Below are positions 29,015 through 37,166 of a DNA stretch of 64,000 bases, one piece after another. The first letter of the stretch is position 1. Each line of letters begins with the position of its first letter. Both the position numbers and the translations under genes were made by a program. The notes beneath the pieces are model-generated. The model saw only the letters and a program-made list of their open reading frames with translations. It did no database searches and had not been told where the DNA came from. The stretch lies in assembly GCA_023267435.1 (NCBI GenBank), contig JAHFNH010000004.1, forward strand, positions 1,236 to 65,235, written 5' to 3'. The DNA is from Candidatus Nomurabacteria bacterium. Its GTDB lineage: Bacteria; Patescibacteriota; Minisyncoccia; Phycocordibacterales; UBA9973.

Positions 29015-30301
29015 ATGAAAGGAAATTTTCAAATAATACTTTTAATAGTTTTTGTTGCCGCAGCTGTTTTAGGACTTTTGGTGTTTTCAGGAGCGATACC
29101 ACTTGGTAAAAATAGCAACACAGCCGGTGGGCAGGGCACTGTCGTTTTATGGGGCACTGTTGGTCAGCAATTTATATCCAAACCCCTCGATATTCTAAAT
29201 CGTGCCAATCCAAGCTTTGTTGTGAAATATGTTCAAAAAGATCCAGCGACATTTGATCAGGATTTACTCGAAGCTTTGGCTTCAGGCAACGGTCCTGATT
29301 TATTTTTCTTGCCTGATAATTTAGCATTTCATTATAGTAATAGAATATCTGTCATACCATACGCCAGTTTTTCTTTGGCATCTTTTAAGAATTATTTTGC
29401 CGGAGCGGGCGAGGTTTTTTTAACCTCAAAAGGCATTCTTGCTTTTCCTATGTTTATTGATCCGATGGTTATGTATTACAACCGAAGCATTTTAGATTCA
29501 AACAACATAGTCAATCCTCCTGCATCTTGGGATGAATTACAAAATATGGCTCAAACTTTAACTCAAAAAGATCAGGGTAAAAAAATCATCCAGAGCGCGG
29601 TTGCTATGGGACAATTTTCAAATATAACTCATGCTAAAGACATTATCTCCACTCTTTTCATGCAAGCTGGTAATCCTATAACAACTGAAAAAAACGGTTT
29701 GTTTTCTTCGGCTTTGAAAGATACAGCTGATTTAGGTCCCGTTCTTAAGTTCTACACAGATTTTTCCGATCCATTGAATCCTGTTTATTCTTGGAATAAA
29801 TCTTTACCTCCATCCATAAATGTTTTTAGTTCTGGAGATCTGGCTTTTTATTTCGGCTATGCGAGCGAGTTACCATCTTTGATAAATCGCAATCCAAATG
29901 AAAACTTCTTGGCTGCACCTATGCCTCAATTAAAAAATTCAAATACAAAAATCACATCTGCCAGAGTCACCGGTATCGCTATTTCATCTTTTTCAAAAAA
30001 TCCGACAGCTGCTTTCACTGTGATGGGTCTTATCGCGACAGGAGATTTTGCTAAAGATCTCGCTAATGCACTTTCTACCGTACCAGCGAGACGCGATCTT
30101 TTAGCAACGAAACCAACCGATGCTTATTTCCCGATTTTTTATTCCTCCGCTCTTTTTGCTAAAAGTTGGATCGATCCATCTCCGTCAGATACTGATGATA
30201 TTTTTAGAGGAATGGTTGATAAAGTTCTTTCCAACGATATGTCACCTAGCAATGTAGTCAGCGACGCATCTGCTAAATTAGGACTTTTATTAGCTAGATA
30301 A
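29015..30301 (+). CDS. membrane-anchored extracellular solute-binding-like protein (SBP family 1-like)
   Basis: N-terminal TM anchor. PDLFFLPDN, FIDPMVMYYNRSIL and PASWDELQ resemble MalE-type SBP motifs. Confidence 0.4.
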   Translation: MKGNFQIILLIVFVAAAVLGLLVFSGAIPLGKNSNTAGGQGTVVLWGTVGQQFISKPLDILNRANPSFVVKYVQKDPATFDQDLLEALASGNGPDLFFLPDNLAFHYSNRISVIPYASFSLASFKNYFAGAGEVFLTSKGILAFPMFIDPMVMYYNRSILDSNNIVNPPASWDELQNMAQTLTQKDQGKKIIQSAVAMGQFSNITHAKDIISTLFMQAGNPITTEKNGLFSSALKDTADLGPVLKFYTDFSDPLNPVYSWNKSLPPSINVFSSGDLAFYFGYASELPSLINRNPNENFLAAPMPQLKNSNTKITSARVTGIAISSFSKNPTAAFTVMGLIATGDFAKDLANALSTVPARRDLLATKPTDAYFPIFYSSALFAKSWIDPSPSDTDDIFRGMVDKVLSNDMSPSNVVSDASAKLGLLLAR

Positions 30302-30305
30302 AATT

Positions 30306-31799
30306 GTGCCAAACATGATTTTGGTAAATCAAATGAAAAATTTAAAGAAAAAAATATTATTAATAAGCACACTTTCAATATTATTTTTTTCTTTTTTGTT
30401 TACTAATTATGCTTTTGCAAATGTTGCACTTACTAAAACATTTTCTGGATCAACCAAGGTTACAATAAAAGCAACAGGTCTTTTTTCTGGTGGAGATTAC
30501 AGTTTGGCTGTTCATAGTTCTTCTGCTTCAACTCCCGCATACAATAAAACTTTACAGCTTAAAGCAGACAGCGCTGGCATGGTTCAAGGGGATTTTATCG
30601 ACTTAGCTCCAAATGGTAGCTACTCAGCTTTCGTTATGATATATGACTCTACCAGCAGTAATGTTCAACCAGCGCTCGCTACGATTGATTTCACAGCACC
30701 AATAGCCGGTTCGGGTTCTGTTGTCATCACCACTTCATCTATAACGCAAACCTCTGCCATATTTAGGGTTTCAGGTCTTATTCCTCACAATCAATATACG
30801 ATAGGGGTTTATAATACCGATTCATCTACGCCTGCATATAACCAGCAAGTACATTTTACCGGAGCTAGCAATGACAGAATAATTTCTATTCCAAATTTAA
30901 CTCCTGATGGTCACTATACGGCTTACATAACTCCTTTTGATAATACCAGTAATGTGCAACCCAGAATTGCTACGGTTGATTTCGCGACGCTCACAAGCAA
31001 TATCACCGCTCCGAAAATTACTGCGAGTGTTTCAGAAATAACTTCAACCAGTGCAAAGATTACCGTAAACATAGAACAATTTGATCCATCTTTATTTCCA
31101 ATCAGACTCGGTTTGGCTTCCGGCAAGACCGGCGGAACAGTTTCTGTTAGATCTTTTAATACAGAAAATTTAATTCCTACTGACATTCCTCATAGCGTGG
31201 ATATCACTTTAACTTTAGATCCAGGTTCTGATTATTCATTTAGAATTATAAAATTAGGTAGCAATGCTCCTTACACAGATATTCAGACTTTCTCAACTCC
31301 AGCCACAGTCGTTACTACTCCGCCAAACAATACTCCACCAGACAATACCACTACGACAAATACTTACACTCCTCCGGCTATTTATGAACCAGTTGGCGGT
31401 CTAGTGCCATGCGGTACTGCTCGCTATAAAGCAGGAGACGTCGCTCCTAATGGAAAGGTAATTCCAAAAGATAGGCCTACAAATGATCAAGCACTTTTAG
31501 ATACTTATGCATATTTAGGACAAGTAAAAAATCCTTGTGATTTTAATTATGCTCTTACTTTGATAAATAATGTTGTTAAGTTTATTCTTTTCGGTTTAGC
31601 CATACCTCTTGCTGCGATTATGTTCATGTATGCCGGATTTGAAATGGTGACAGCTGGCGGAAGCGAGGAAAAGGCAGGGAAGGCAAGGAGAATATTCACC
31701 AACGCTGTCATAGGTTTAGCACTCGCAGCTGCTGCATGGCTTATCGTAGAGTTAATATTAACAACACTCGGGTACGACGGGTCTTGGATTGGATTTTAA
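30306..31799 (+). CDS. fusion protein: signal peptide + three ~95-aa Ig/FN3-like repeats + Pro/Thr linker + C-terminal two-helix TrbC/VirB2-like (T4SS-pilin-like) domain
   Basis: Repeats each carry ...TPAYN...NVQP(A/R)(L/I)ATxDF. The C-terminal VVKFILFGLAIPLAAIMFMYAGFEMVTAGGSEEKAGKARRIFTNAVIGLALAAAAWLIVELIL aligns with the four small proteins downstream. Confidence 0.55.
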   Translation: MPNMILVNQMKNLKKKILLISTLSILFFSFLFTNYAFANVALTKTFSGSTKVTIKATGLFSGGDYSLAVHSSSASTPAYNKTLQLKADSAGMVQGDFIDLAPNGSYSAFVMIYDSTSSNVQPALATIDFTAPIAGSGSVVITTSSITQTSAIFRVSGLIPHNQYTIGVYNTDSSTPAYNQQVHFTGASNDRIISIPNLTPDGHYTAYITPFDNTSNVQPRIATVDFATLTSNITAPKITASVSEITSTSAKITVNIEQFDPSLFPIRLGLASGKTGGTVSVRSFNTENLIPTDIPHSVDITLTLDPGSDYSFRIIKLGSNAPYTDIQTFSTPATVVTTPPNNTPPDNTTTTNTYTPPAIYEPVGGLVPCGTARYKAGDVAPNGKVIPKDRPTNDQALLDTYAYLGQVKNPCDFNYALTLINNVVKFILFGLAIPLAAIMFMYAGFEMVTAGGSEEKAGKARRIFTNAVIGLALAAAAWLIVELILTTLGYDGSWIGF

Positions 31800-32180
31800 A
31801 TGATGTATAATATAGGAATGAATAAAAAACTTTCGAAATTAATGCTTTTGGCTGTTGTGTTTTTAATGCCAGTTATTTCTTTTGCCGATGTCATAGGTGG
31901 TGCACCTGCTGATCTTTCAGGTAAAATAGTGAATCCTATAAGCTCTAGCACTTTAAATGATTTTATACAACTAATACTTAAAGGTGCCATAAAAATCGGC
32001 ATACCGATCATAGCATTAGCCATCATTTACTGTGGTTTTCTTTTTGTGAAAGCTCGTGGTAATCCGGGAGAAATAGAAGTGGCTAAAAAATCTTTGACTT
32101 ATACTATTATCGGAGCAGCGATACTTCTAGGCGCATGGGCTATCGCTCAGCTCGTGGCTAATACAATTTTAGCACTTTAA
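31800..32180 (+). CDS. TrbC/VirB2-like (T4SS-pilin-like) small protein, paralog 1
   Basis: Signal peptide (…VISFA), two hydrophobic helices separated by KARGNPGEIEVAKKS. 126 aa. Confidence 0.5.
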   Translation: MMYNIGMNKKLSKLMLLAVVFLMPVISFADVIGGAPADLSGKIVNPISSSTLNDFIQLILKGAIKIGIPIIALAIIYCGFLFVKARGNPGEIEVAKKSLTYTIIGAAILLGAWAIAQLVANTILAL

Positions 32181-32211
32181 TTTTTATTAATTTTAAACAC
32201 TATTTAAATAC

Positions 32212-32649
32212 ATGAAAAATTTTAAAAAATTTATTTACTCACTTTTAATATTATCTATTTTTATTTTACCAGCAATTTCTTTGGCTCAATATACAGGTGG
32301 TCCAGGTGGTGGCAGTGCTTCTTCAAATGTAGTCAGTTCTTCTTGTTCCTTTCCAGCCAGTCCCACATTTGGAACTTTTGTAGATTTTATTACTTGCAAT
32401 ATTAATAAATCAATTCTTCCTCTTTTGTTTACTTTAGCTTTTGCAGCTTTTGTCTGGGGAATAGTGCAGTATGTCATTCTAGGTGCTGAAGAAGAGGCGA
32501 AAAGGGAAAAAGGCAGGCAGTTTATGATTTGGGGTATTATCGCTTTGGCCGTGATGATCTCAGTTTGGGGTATTGTTAATATATTCACTAATACTTTCGG
32601 TATAAAAAACACCAGTGTTCCCATTATTCCACAGCTTCCGACGCACTAG
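32212..32649 (+). CDS. TrbC/VirB2-like small protein, paralog 2
   Basis: Signal (…AISLAQ). Helix-loop-helix with GAEEEAKREKGRQFMIWGIIALAVMISVWGIVNIFTNTFGI. Confidence 0.5.
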   Translation: MKNFKKFIYSLLILSIFILPAISLAQYTGGPGGGSASSNVVSSSCSFPASPTFGTFVDFITCNINKSILPLLFTLAFAAFVWGIVQYVILGAEEEAKREKGRQFMIWGIIALAVMISVWGIVNIFTNTFGIKNTSVPIIPQLPTH

Positions 32650-32670
32650 TGTTTGTTTCCAAGGGTTTTA

Positions 32671-32679
32671 TGTTATAAT
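32671..32679 (+). promoter_or_regulatory. extended -10 promoter (TGtTATAAT) for the 32787 pilin-like gene
   Basis: Perfect extended -10. The predicted TSS places the HR hairpin in the 5' UTR. Confidence 0.45.
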
Positions 32680-32725
32680 TAAGTCACCTATAAATATTTA
32701 GGAAATTATTATTAACAGGTCGTTT

Positions 32726-32758
32726 TTCCGCCTCTACGGCGGATCGCCGATGAGGCGA
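32726..32758. repeat. HR hairpin repeat copy 2 (ttccgcctctacggcggatcgccgatgaggcga) in the 5' UTR
   Basis: Stem gcctc/gaggc with inner cggcg-gat-cgccg. Lies 28 nt upstream of the ATG at 32787. Confidence 0.7.
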
Positions 32759-32786
32759 TATTATTAATTAGGTTTTATAAAATTAT

Positions 32787-33182
32787 ATGAAAAAGAAATT
32801 CGCTTCATTAGTCGGTTTAGGTCTAGTTATGTCAGCTCCATTATTAGCTTTCGCTCAAAGTCAGCTTCAAACTACTTGTAGTAATGCGACAGGAACAATC
32901 CAGGGAATAATTTGCGATATCAGTAAAATTCTAAATACTGTTATCCCAGTTATCATCGTCTTGGGTGTTGTTTATTTCGTTTGGGGTGTTGTTACTTATG
33001 TTATCTCCAGTGAAGAGGAAGCAAAAGCAGCTGGTAAAAACAGAATGATTTGGGGAATCATCGGTCTTGTTGTTATTGTATCAATGTGGGGCTTGGTAAA
33101 TATTGTTGTTAATACTTTCGGATTACAGAGTTCTTCCATCCAAGTAAACGTCCCTTGTATTACCGGCACACCTGGCTGTTAA
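32787..33182 (+). CDS. TrbC/VirB2-like small protein, paralog 3
   Basis: Signal (…LLAFAQ). SSEEEAKAAGKNRMIWGIIGLVVIVSMWGLVNIVVNTFGL. Confidence 0.5.
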   Translation: MKKKFASLVGLGLVMSAPLLAFAQSQLQTTCSNATGTIQGIICDISKILNTVIPVIIVLGVVYFVWGVVTYVISSEEEAKAAGKNRMIWGIIGLVVIVSMWGLVNIVVNTFGLQSSSIQVNVPCITGTPGC

Positions 33183-33186
33183 TCTT

Positions 33187-33564
33187 ATGAATTTTTTATT
33201 TACCAATGTCGCTTATGCAGCCAATGCAGCGAGTGGTGAAAGTTTGGATAAGTTCATTCAGAATGTAAACAAGCTCATCATCAATCCGCTCATCATGTTG
33301 TTGTTCGCTTTGGCTCTAGTTTATTTTGTTTATGGACTTGTTCAGTTTATTGCAAATGCTGAAAACGAAGAGGAAAGATCAACAGGCAAGAAGCATATGA
33401 TTTGGGGGGTGATTGGTTTGACTATCATGCTGGGAGTTTGGACTCTTATAGCAATCATTACGAATACTTTAGGTATATCTTCATCAGATATAAATCCTCA
33501 AACAGGTACGGTAGATCTAAAGAATTATACTCCACCTCCAGGAAGCGGATTGTTAAATTTTTAA
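33187..33564 (+). CDS. TrbC/VirB2-like small protein, paralog 4
   Basis: ANAENEEERSTGKKHMIWGVIGLTIMLGVWTLIAIITNTLGI, same topology. Confidence 0.5.
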   Translation: MNFLFTNVAYAANAASGESLDKFIQNVNKLIINPLIMLLFALALVYFVYGLVQFIANAENEEERSTGKKHMIWGVIGLTIMLGVWTLIAIITNTLGISSSDINPQTGTVDLKNYTPPPGSGLLNF

Positions 33565-33624
33565 TTAGAAAATAAAAAGACCATTCACAATGTGTGAATG
33601 GTCTTTTTGCATCGGGCAATGCGA

Positions 33625-34530
33625 TTATACGCCCTCTTTGATCTCTACAACTTTGAATACTTTAGCCCAAACACTCGGTTTGTTTTCATTGTTGGAAGTT
33701 ATGACAGCATTTCCAGAAAGATAATTCGGAGGAACGTTAATTTCTCCTTTTCCTGAATATGCTACCGGATCTCTTATTCCCTGTAGTTTTACATTAATAG
33801 GTTCTCCATCTGTTTGGATGTGGAACGCGTATTCAATATCAACTGTAAGGGGAGTCCATCCTTCCTGCATAAGTACCAGAGCTGTCGGAACTTTTTCTGT
33901 CTTTTTTGTACTGTTATCAGCCTTGTTGCCGCTTTGAGATAAGTCTTTCATAAACTCTTTCATTTCTTTTGAAAGCTCATCTTTTTTTGCAGCGCTAGTG
34001 CTGGATGGGTATGAAAAATTTAAAAAAATAATTGCTACCATCGCACTTACAGCAAGTTTCCATGACTCTTTAAAGGCAAACAAAACAATGACAACGATAA
34101 CATTTGTGATCCAGAATAATTCCGCAGGGTTGTTCCACGCTTCCCAAATTCTTGGGAATTGTGTATATATGAGCCGTAGGCTTAATACATATATAGCAAA
34201 CGCTGCGATTCTTTTAACTAAATTACCTTGTTCCACTTTTCCGTTAAAAAAATCAATTACTCCAAAGTAAATCTTTAGTATTAAAGAACTTAAAAGCATG
34301 AAAGCTGTTATGTCGAATATAACCGCATTCATAGCGCTAAAAACATGTAATCCTTCTTCCTTTCCTTTGAATGATTCTGAAATTACAGGATAGGAATCAG
34401 CTGCTATAAATAACCAGATGTGCCAATTAAAGATGATTGATTCAGCAAGTTCTTTTAGCTTTTCTGCGCTACTCATCGCTCCCTTTATTCTTTTAAGGAA
34501 GTTGATGAATTTTTCAAACAATTTTTTCAT
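33625..34530 (-). CDS. polytopic membrane protein with a C-terminal beta-rich soluble domain (NfeD-like partner of an SPFH protein?)
   Basis: Four to five TM helices, then a ~90-aa C-terminal domain. Overlaps the upstream SPFH-like gene by 4 nt. Confidence 0.3.
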   Translation of the reverse strand: MKKLFEKFINFLKRIKGAMSSAEKLKELAESIIFNWHIWLFIAADSYPVISESFKGKEEGLHVFSAMNAVIFDITAFMLLSSLILKIYFGVIDFFNGKVEQGNLVKRIAAFAIYVLSLRLIYTQFPRIWEAWNNPAELFWITNVIVVIVLFAFKESWKLAVSAMVAIIFLNFSYPSSTSAAKKDELSKEMKEFMKDLSQSGNKADNSTKKTEKVPTALVLMQEGWTPLTVDIEYAFHIQTDGEPINVKLQGIRDPVAYSGKGEINVPPNYLSGNAVITSNNENKPSVWAKVFKVVEIKEGV

Positions 34531-35663
34531 TTTCGTGTCCTCCTTTTAGGTTTAGTTTTTTTACCATCAACACTTGTTGTGGCCATTACTTTAACATCAG
34601 ATGATGCTCCTCCTCCATAGCTTAGTAATTCAGTATCCTTTACTTGTTCCAGTTTCATAAACTCTGCAAGTTGAGGATTATTTTTCATTACTTTACCCAT
34701 TGAGTTAAAATAAGCTCCATCTGCATCTGCATCAATTAAACGAGCTTCTCTTCTTTTTTCAGCTGTTTTAACCAAAGCAGAACCTTCATTCTCTGCTATA
34801 AGTTTGGCAACTTGAGATTTCTCCACCTCTGCATTTGCGGGGCTCTTAACCATTTCATAGAATTTAAGCTCTACAAGATGAACTTTGATACCGAGCGCTT
34901 TTTCTGTAACAGCATCCACAGCTTCTATGATTGTTGTAGCAAGCTTAGAATTTTGGTCAAGCTTTCCCATATTTTGAAAAGTTTCCCAATCTTGATCGTT
35001 TGCAAAATCTTCAAAAGCTGTTTCTACGGCAGTTGAGGCTTGAGTAAAAATGATTCCCTGAGGGGGAACTTTAAAGATAACTTTAATAATGTTCATTACT
35101 TGAAATGTAACAATTAGAACAGCATTAATTTTAATAGTACCTTCATCTTTACCATCAACATTTTTACTAGCACCTTTTTTGCTTCTTGTGGCAGTTTTTT
35201 TAGCAGGTTTTGATTTCATTGCTTTCATTTCTACATCTGTAATTTCTACAGCGTGGGCATAAAAGCGGCTAAAAGAAGTACAATCTTCTTTTTCTTCCAA
35301 TTTTATGAAAGATTTTGCTTCAGGTGTTCTGTTTTCTACAAACTCACACCAAGAACGTTTGAAATGCATAATGCTAAAAATAGGACTTAAACCGATGTCA
35401 GTTATTCCAAGAAAGTTGAATAAACGACCTAATTTTTGTTTTTCACCAGGTTTCCAATCACCATGTTCGTCATAATGACCATCTTCTGAGTTAAATAATA
35501 TTTTTACAACATTTTCTCCTTTTACGACAACTTTCCCAGTTTCTGGTGCAAGTTGTGTATAGTTCCAGTCTCTTTTTGCCCAAGCTTTTAAAACTTGTAT
35601 AATAATAACAACTACTGTCATTATTCCAAAAAGAATGCTAAATGTAATAATGTGCGTTTCCAT
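34527..35663 (-). CDS. SPFH/band-7 (stomatin/HflC-like) membrane protein
   Basis: N-terminal TM. Central beta/alpha SPFH-like region and a C-terminal coiled coil (AKLIAENEGSALVKTAEKRREARLIDADADGAYFNSMGKVMKNNPQLAEFMKLEQ). Confidence 0.4.
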   Translation of the reverse strand: METHIITFSILFGIMTVVVIIIQVLKAWAKRDWNYTQLAPETGKVVVKGENVVKILFNSEDGHYDEHGDWKPGEKQKLGRLFNFLGITDIGLSPIFSIMHFKRSWCEFVENRTPEAKSFIKLEEKEDCTSFSRFYAHAVEITDVEMKAMKSKPAKKTATRSKKGASKNVDGKDEGTIKINAVLIVTFQVMNIIKVIFKVPPQGIIFTQASTAVETAFEDFANDQDWETFQNMGKLDQNSKLATTIIEAVDAVTEKALGIKVHLVELKFYEMVKSPANAEVEKSQVAKLIAENEGSALVKTAEKRREARLIDADADGAYFNSMGKVMKNNPQLAEFMKLEQVKDTELLSYGGGASSDVKVMATTSVDGKKTKPKRRTRK

Positions 35664-35705
35664 TGTTTGTTTCTCCTTTTTATTTTAGGTTAGTTTATTA
35701 TTTTT

Positions 35706-35762
35706 AGTTATGTTCAGCTAAATGCTCAAAATGAATTGAGCTACTTGGCTGAACATAACTAT
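35706..35762. repeat. nested inverted repeat (agttatgttcagc ... gctgaacataact, enclosing ctcaa-aatgaa-ttgag)
   Basis: 13-bp perfect outer stem with an inner 5-bp hairpin. Intergenic, upstream of the SPFH gene. Confidence 0.6.
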
Positions 35763-35816
35763 TTTTCTAACCAGTTTTCAAATAACTTATTACGCTTAAA
35801 GTATATCATAAACAAA

Positions 35817-35850
35817 CAAAAAAGTCAAGCCTTTCGGCTCGACTTTTTTG
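35817..35850. terminator. bidirectional-type terminator (A-run, gtcaagcc-tttc-ggctcgac, T-run)
   Basis: Hairpin flanked by A6 and T6, downstream of the minus-strand IPT gene. Confidence 0.5.
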
Positions 35851-35867
35851 TTATATTTTATAGCTTT

Positions 35868-36596
35868 TTAAGCGTGTTTTGGATGCAGTTCTTGTTTGGG
35901 TTTTTCTTGGGCGAAAGCCTTTCGAGCCAATATTACTATCAAGAGAATTAGGGCCAAAAGCAGTAACCATTGAGTCAAAGTTGTAGGCATTAAACCATTT
36001 GCTCCGAAGAGTGCGCCTGCAGCAAGACTGTTGCCGGTATTAGTTGATTTAGTTGGTGTACTTTTAGTGGTTGCAGCTGGAGGTGTTTTCTTTGGAGTTG
36101 TAGTTGTTGCAGTAGTAGTTGGTTTGTTTAAATGAAACAAAGCTGCGTTTGACATTCCGCCTCCTGGTTGAGGGCTTAATACAGTTACTGAGTAAGCACC
36201 TACACCCGCCATATCTGATGTGGTAAGAGTCATGGTAAGAGTGTTTGAATTTATAAAAGTTGTAGCTCTTTCTGCACTATTCCATCTAGCCATAGATCCA
36301 GGTACAAAGTTTGCTCCAGTGATCACTACGGTTACAGGATTACTTGTTGTATTTGCAGAATTTGGACTGATTGAATAGATAACTGGAGTAGGGTTGCTGT
36401 AAGTTGGTGTTGGGTTTGTAACAGGAGGATAGGAAGGATTTGGATTGGTAGGATTAGATGGTGCTGAAGTTCCACTACCTGCAGAATAGAAGCCTGCATT
36501 AGCATGCATAGGCAAGACAAACATAACACTGAAAATAGAAACAGCCAGTATCCCCAAGGCGTTTAATATTAAGTTGTTATTTGTTTTAGTTTTCAT
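35868..36596 (-). CDS. cell-surface protein with an IPT/TIG-like domain and C-terminal membrane anchor
   Basis: Signal peptide. Pro/Thr/Asn-rich linker. IYSISPNSANTTSNPVTVVITGANFVPGSMARW is IPT-like. The C-terminal TTLTQWLLLLALILLIVILARK resembles a sorting-signal/TM anchor. Confidence 0.5.
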   Translation of the reverse strand: MKTKTNNNLILNALGILAVSIFSVMFVLPMHANAGFYSAGSGTSAPSNPTNPNPSYPPVTNPTPTYSNPTPVIYSISPNSANTTSNPVTVVITGANFVPGSMARWNSAERATTFINSNTLTMTLTTSDMAGVGAYSVTVLSPQPGGGMSNAALFHLNKPTTTATTTTPKKTPPAATTKSTPTKSTNTGNSLAAGALFGANGLMPTTLTQWLLLLALILLIVILARKAFAQEKPKQELHPKHA

Positions 36597-36652
36597 ACAG
36601 AAAGTATATCATATATAAATACAAAAGTCAAGCCTTACGATAACCTATTTTG

Positions 36653-36734
36653 TGCCGGGAGGGAGACTCGAACTCCCAAGGGTTGCCCCACTAGTTCCTA
36701 AGACTAGCGCGTATACCAATTCCGCCATCCCGGC
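36653..36734 (-). tRNA. tRNA-Leu (anticodon TAG)
   Basis: Cloverleaf read manually: acceptor GCCGGGA/TCCCGGC, anticodon stem CTAGT/ACTAG, loop CTTAGGA, long variable arm, T-arm GGGAG-TTCGAGT-CTCCC. Confidence 0.8.
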
Positions 36735-36737
36735 AAT

Positions 36738-36916
36738 GTATTAAACTCTAACATTAAAACAGTGCTTACGCACTCCGTCTCGCACAAGGATATTGTGGTC
36801 ACAAGTATTTTTCTACTGAAAAATCTCGCGAAGCCTATCGTATTAATAGGCACCTGTAGACGGCCCGCTCTCGGCACCGTCGTGCCTGCGGCTCGCACAA
36901 AGCATCCCATGCTTTG
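36738..36916 (-). ncRNA. 179-nt highly structured spacer between tRNA-Lys and tRNA-Leu (candidate small RNA)
   Basis: On the minus strand: GCACAAAGCAT-GGG-ATGCTTTGTGC, GGCAC-GACG-GTGCC, CCTAT-TAATACG-ATAGG hairpins. GC-rich relative to surroundings. Confidence 0.3.
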
Positions 36917-36989
36917 TGCGCCCACCAGGGATCGAACCTGGGACATTCTCCTTAAGAGGGAGCTACTCTACCAGCTGAGTTATGGGCGC
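36917..36989 (-). tRNA. tRNA-Lys (anticodon CTT)
   Basis: Acceptor GCGCCCA/TGGGCGC, D-stem ACTC/GAGT, anticodon loop CTCTTAA, T-arm CCAGG-TTCGATC-CCTGG. 73 nt. Confidence 0.8.
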
Positions 36990-37036
36990 ATGAAATATTC
37001 AGTTATCGGCGTATAAAAACAAAACTTAAACACCGG

Positions 37037-37118
37037 TGCCCGGAGTGGGGGTCGAACCCACATCCCTTGCGAGACACGATTTTAAGTCGTGCGCGTATAC
37101 CAATTCCGCCATCCGGGC
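37037..37118 (-). tRNA. tRNA-Leu (anticodon TAA)
   Basis: Acceptor GCCCGGA/TCCGGGC, anticodon stem CACGA/TCGTG, loop CTTAAAA, long variable arm. Confidence 0.8.
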
Positions 37119-37166
37119 AATTTTTAAATTATAATTCAAAACTATTCTTTTCTCAAATTACAATTG

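Noticed and set aside
31800-33564. Possible CRISPR-like or tandem DNA repeat array
   Set aside because: The periodicity is at the protein-paralog level (whole genes of 380-440 nt with divergent DNA), not short direct repeats with spacers; no cas genes.
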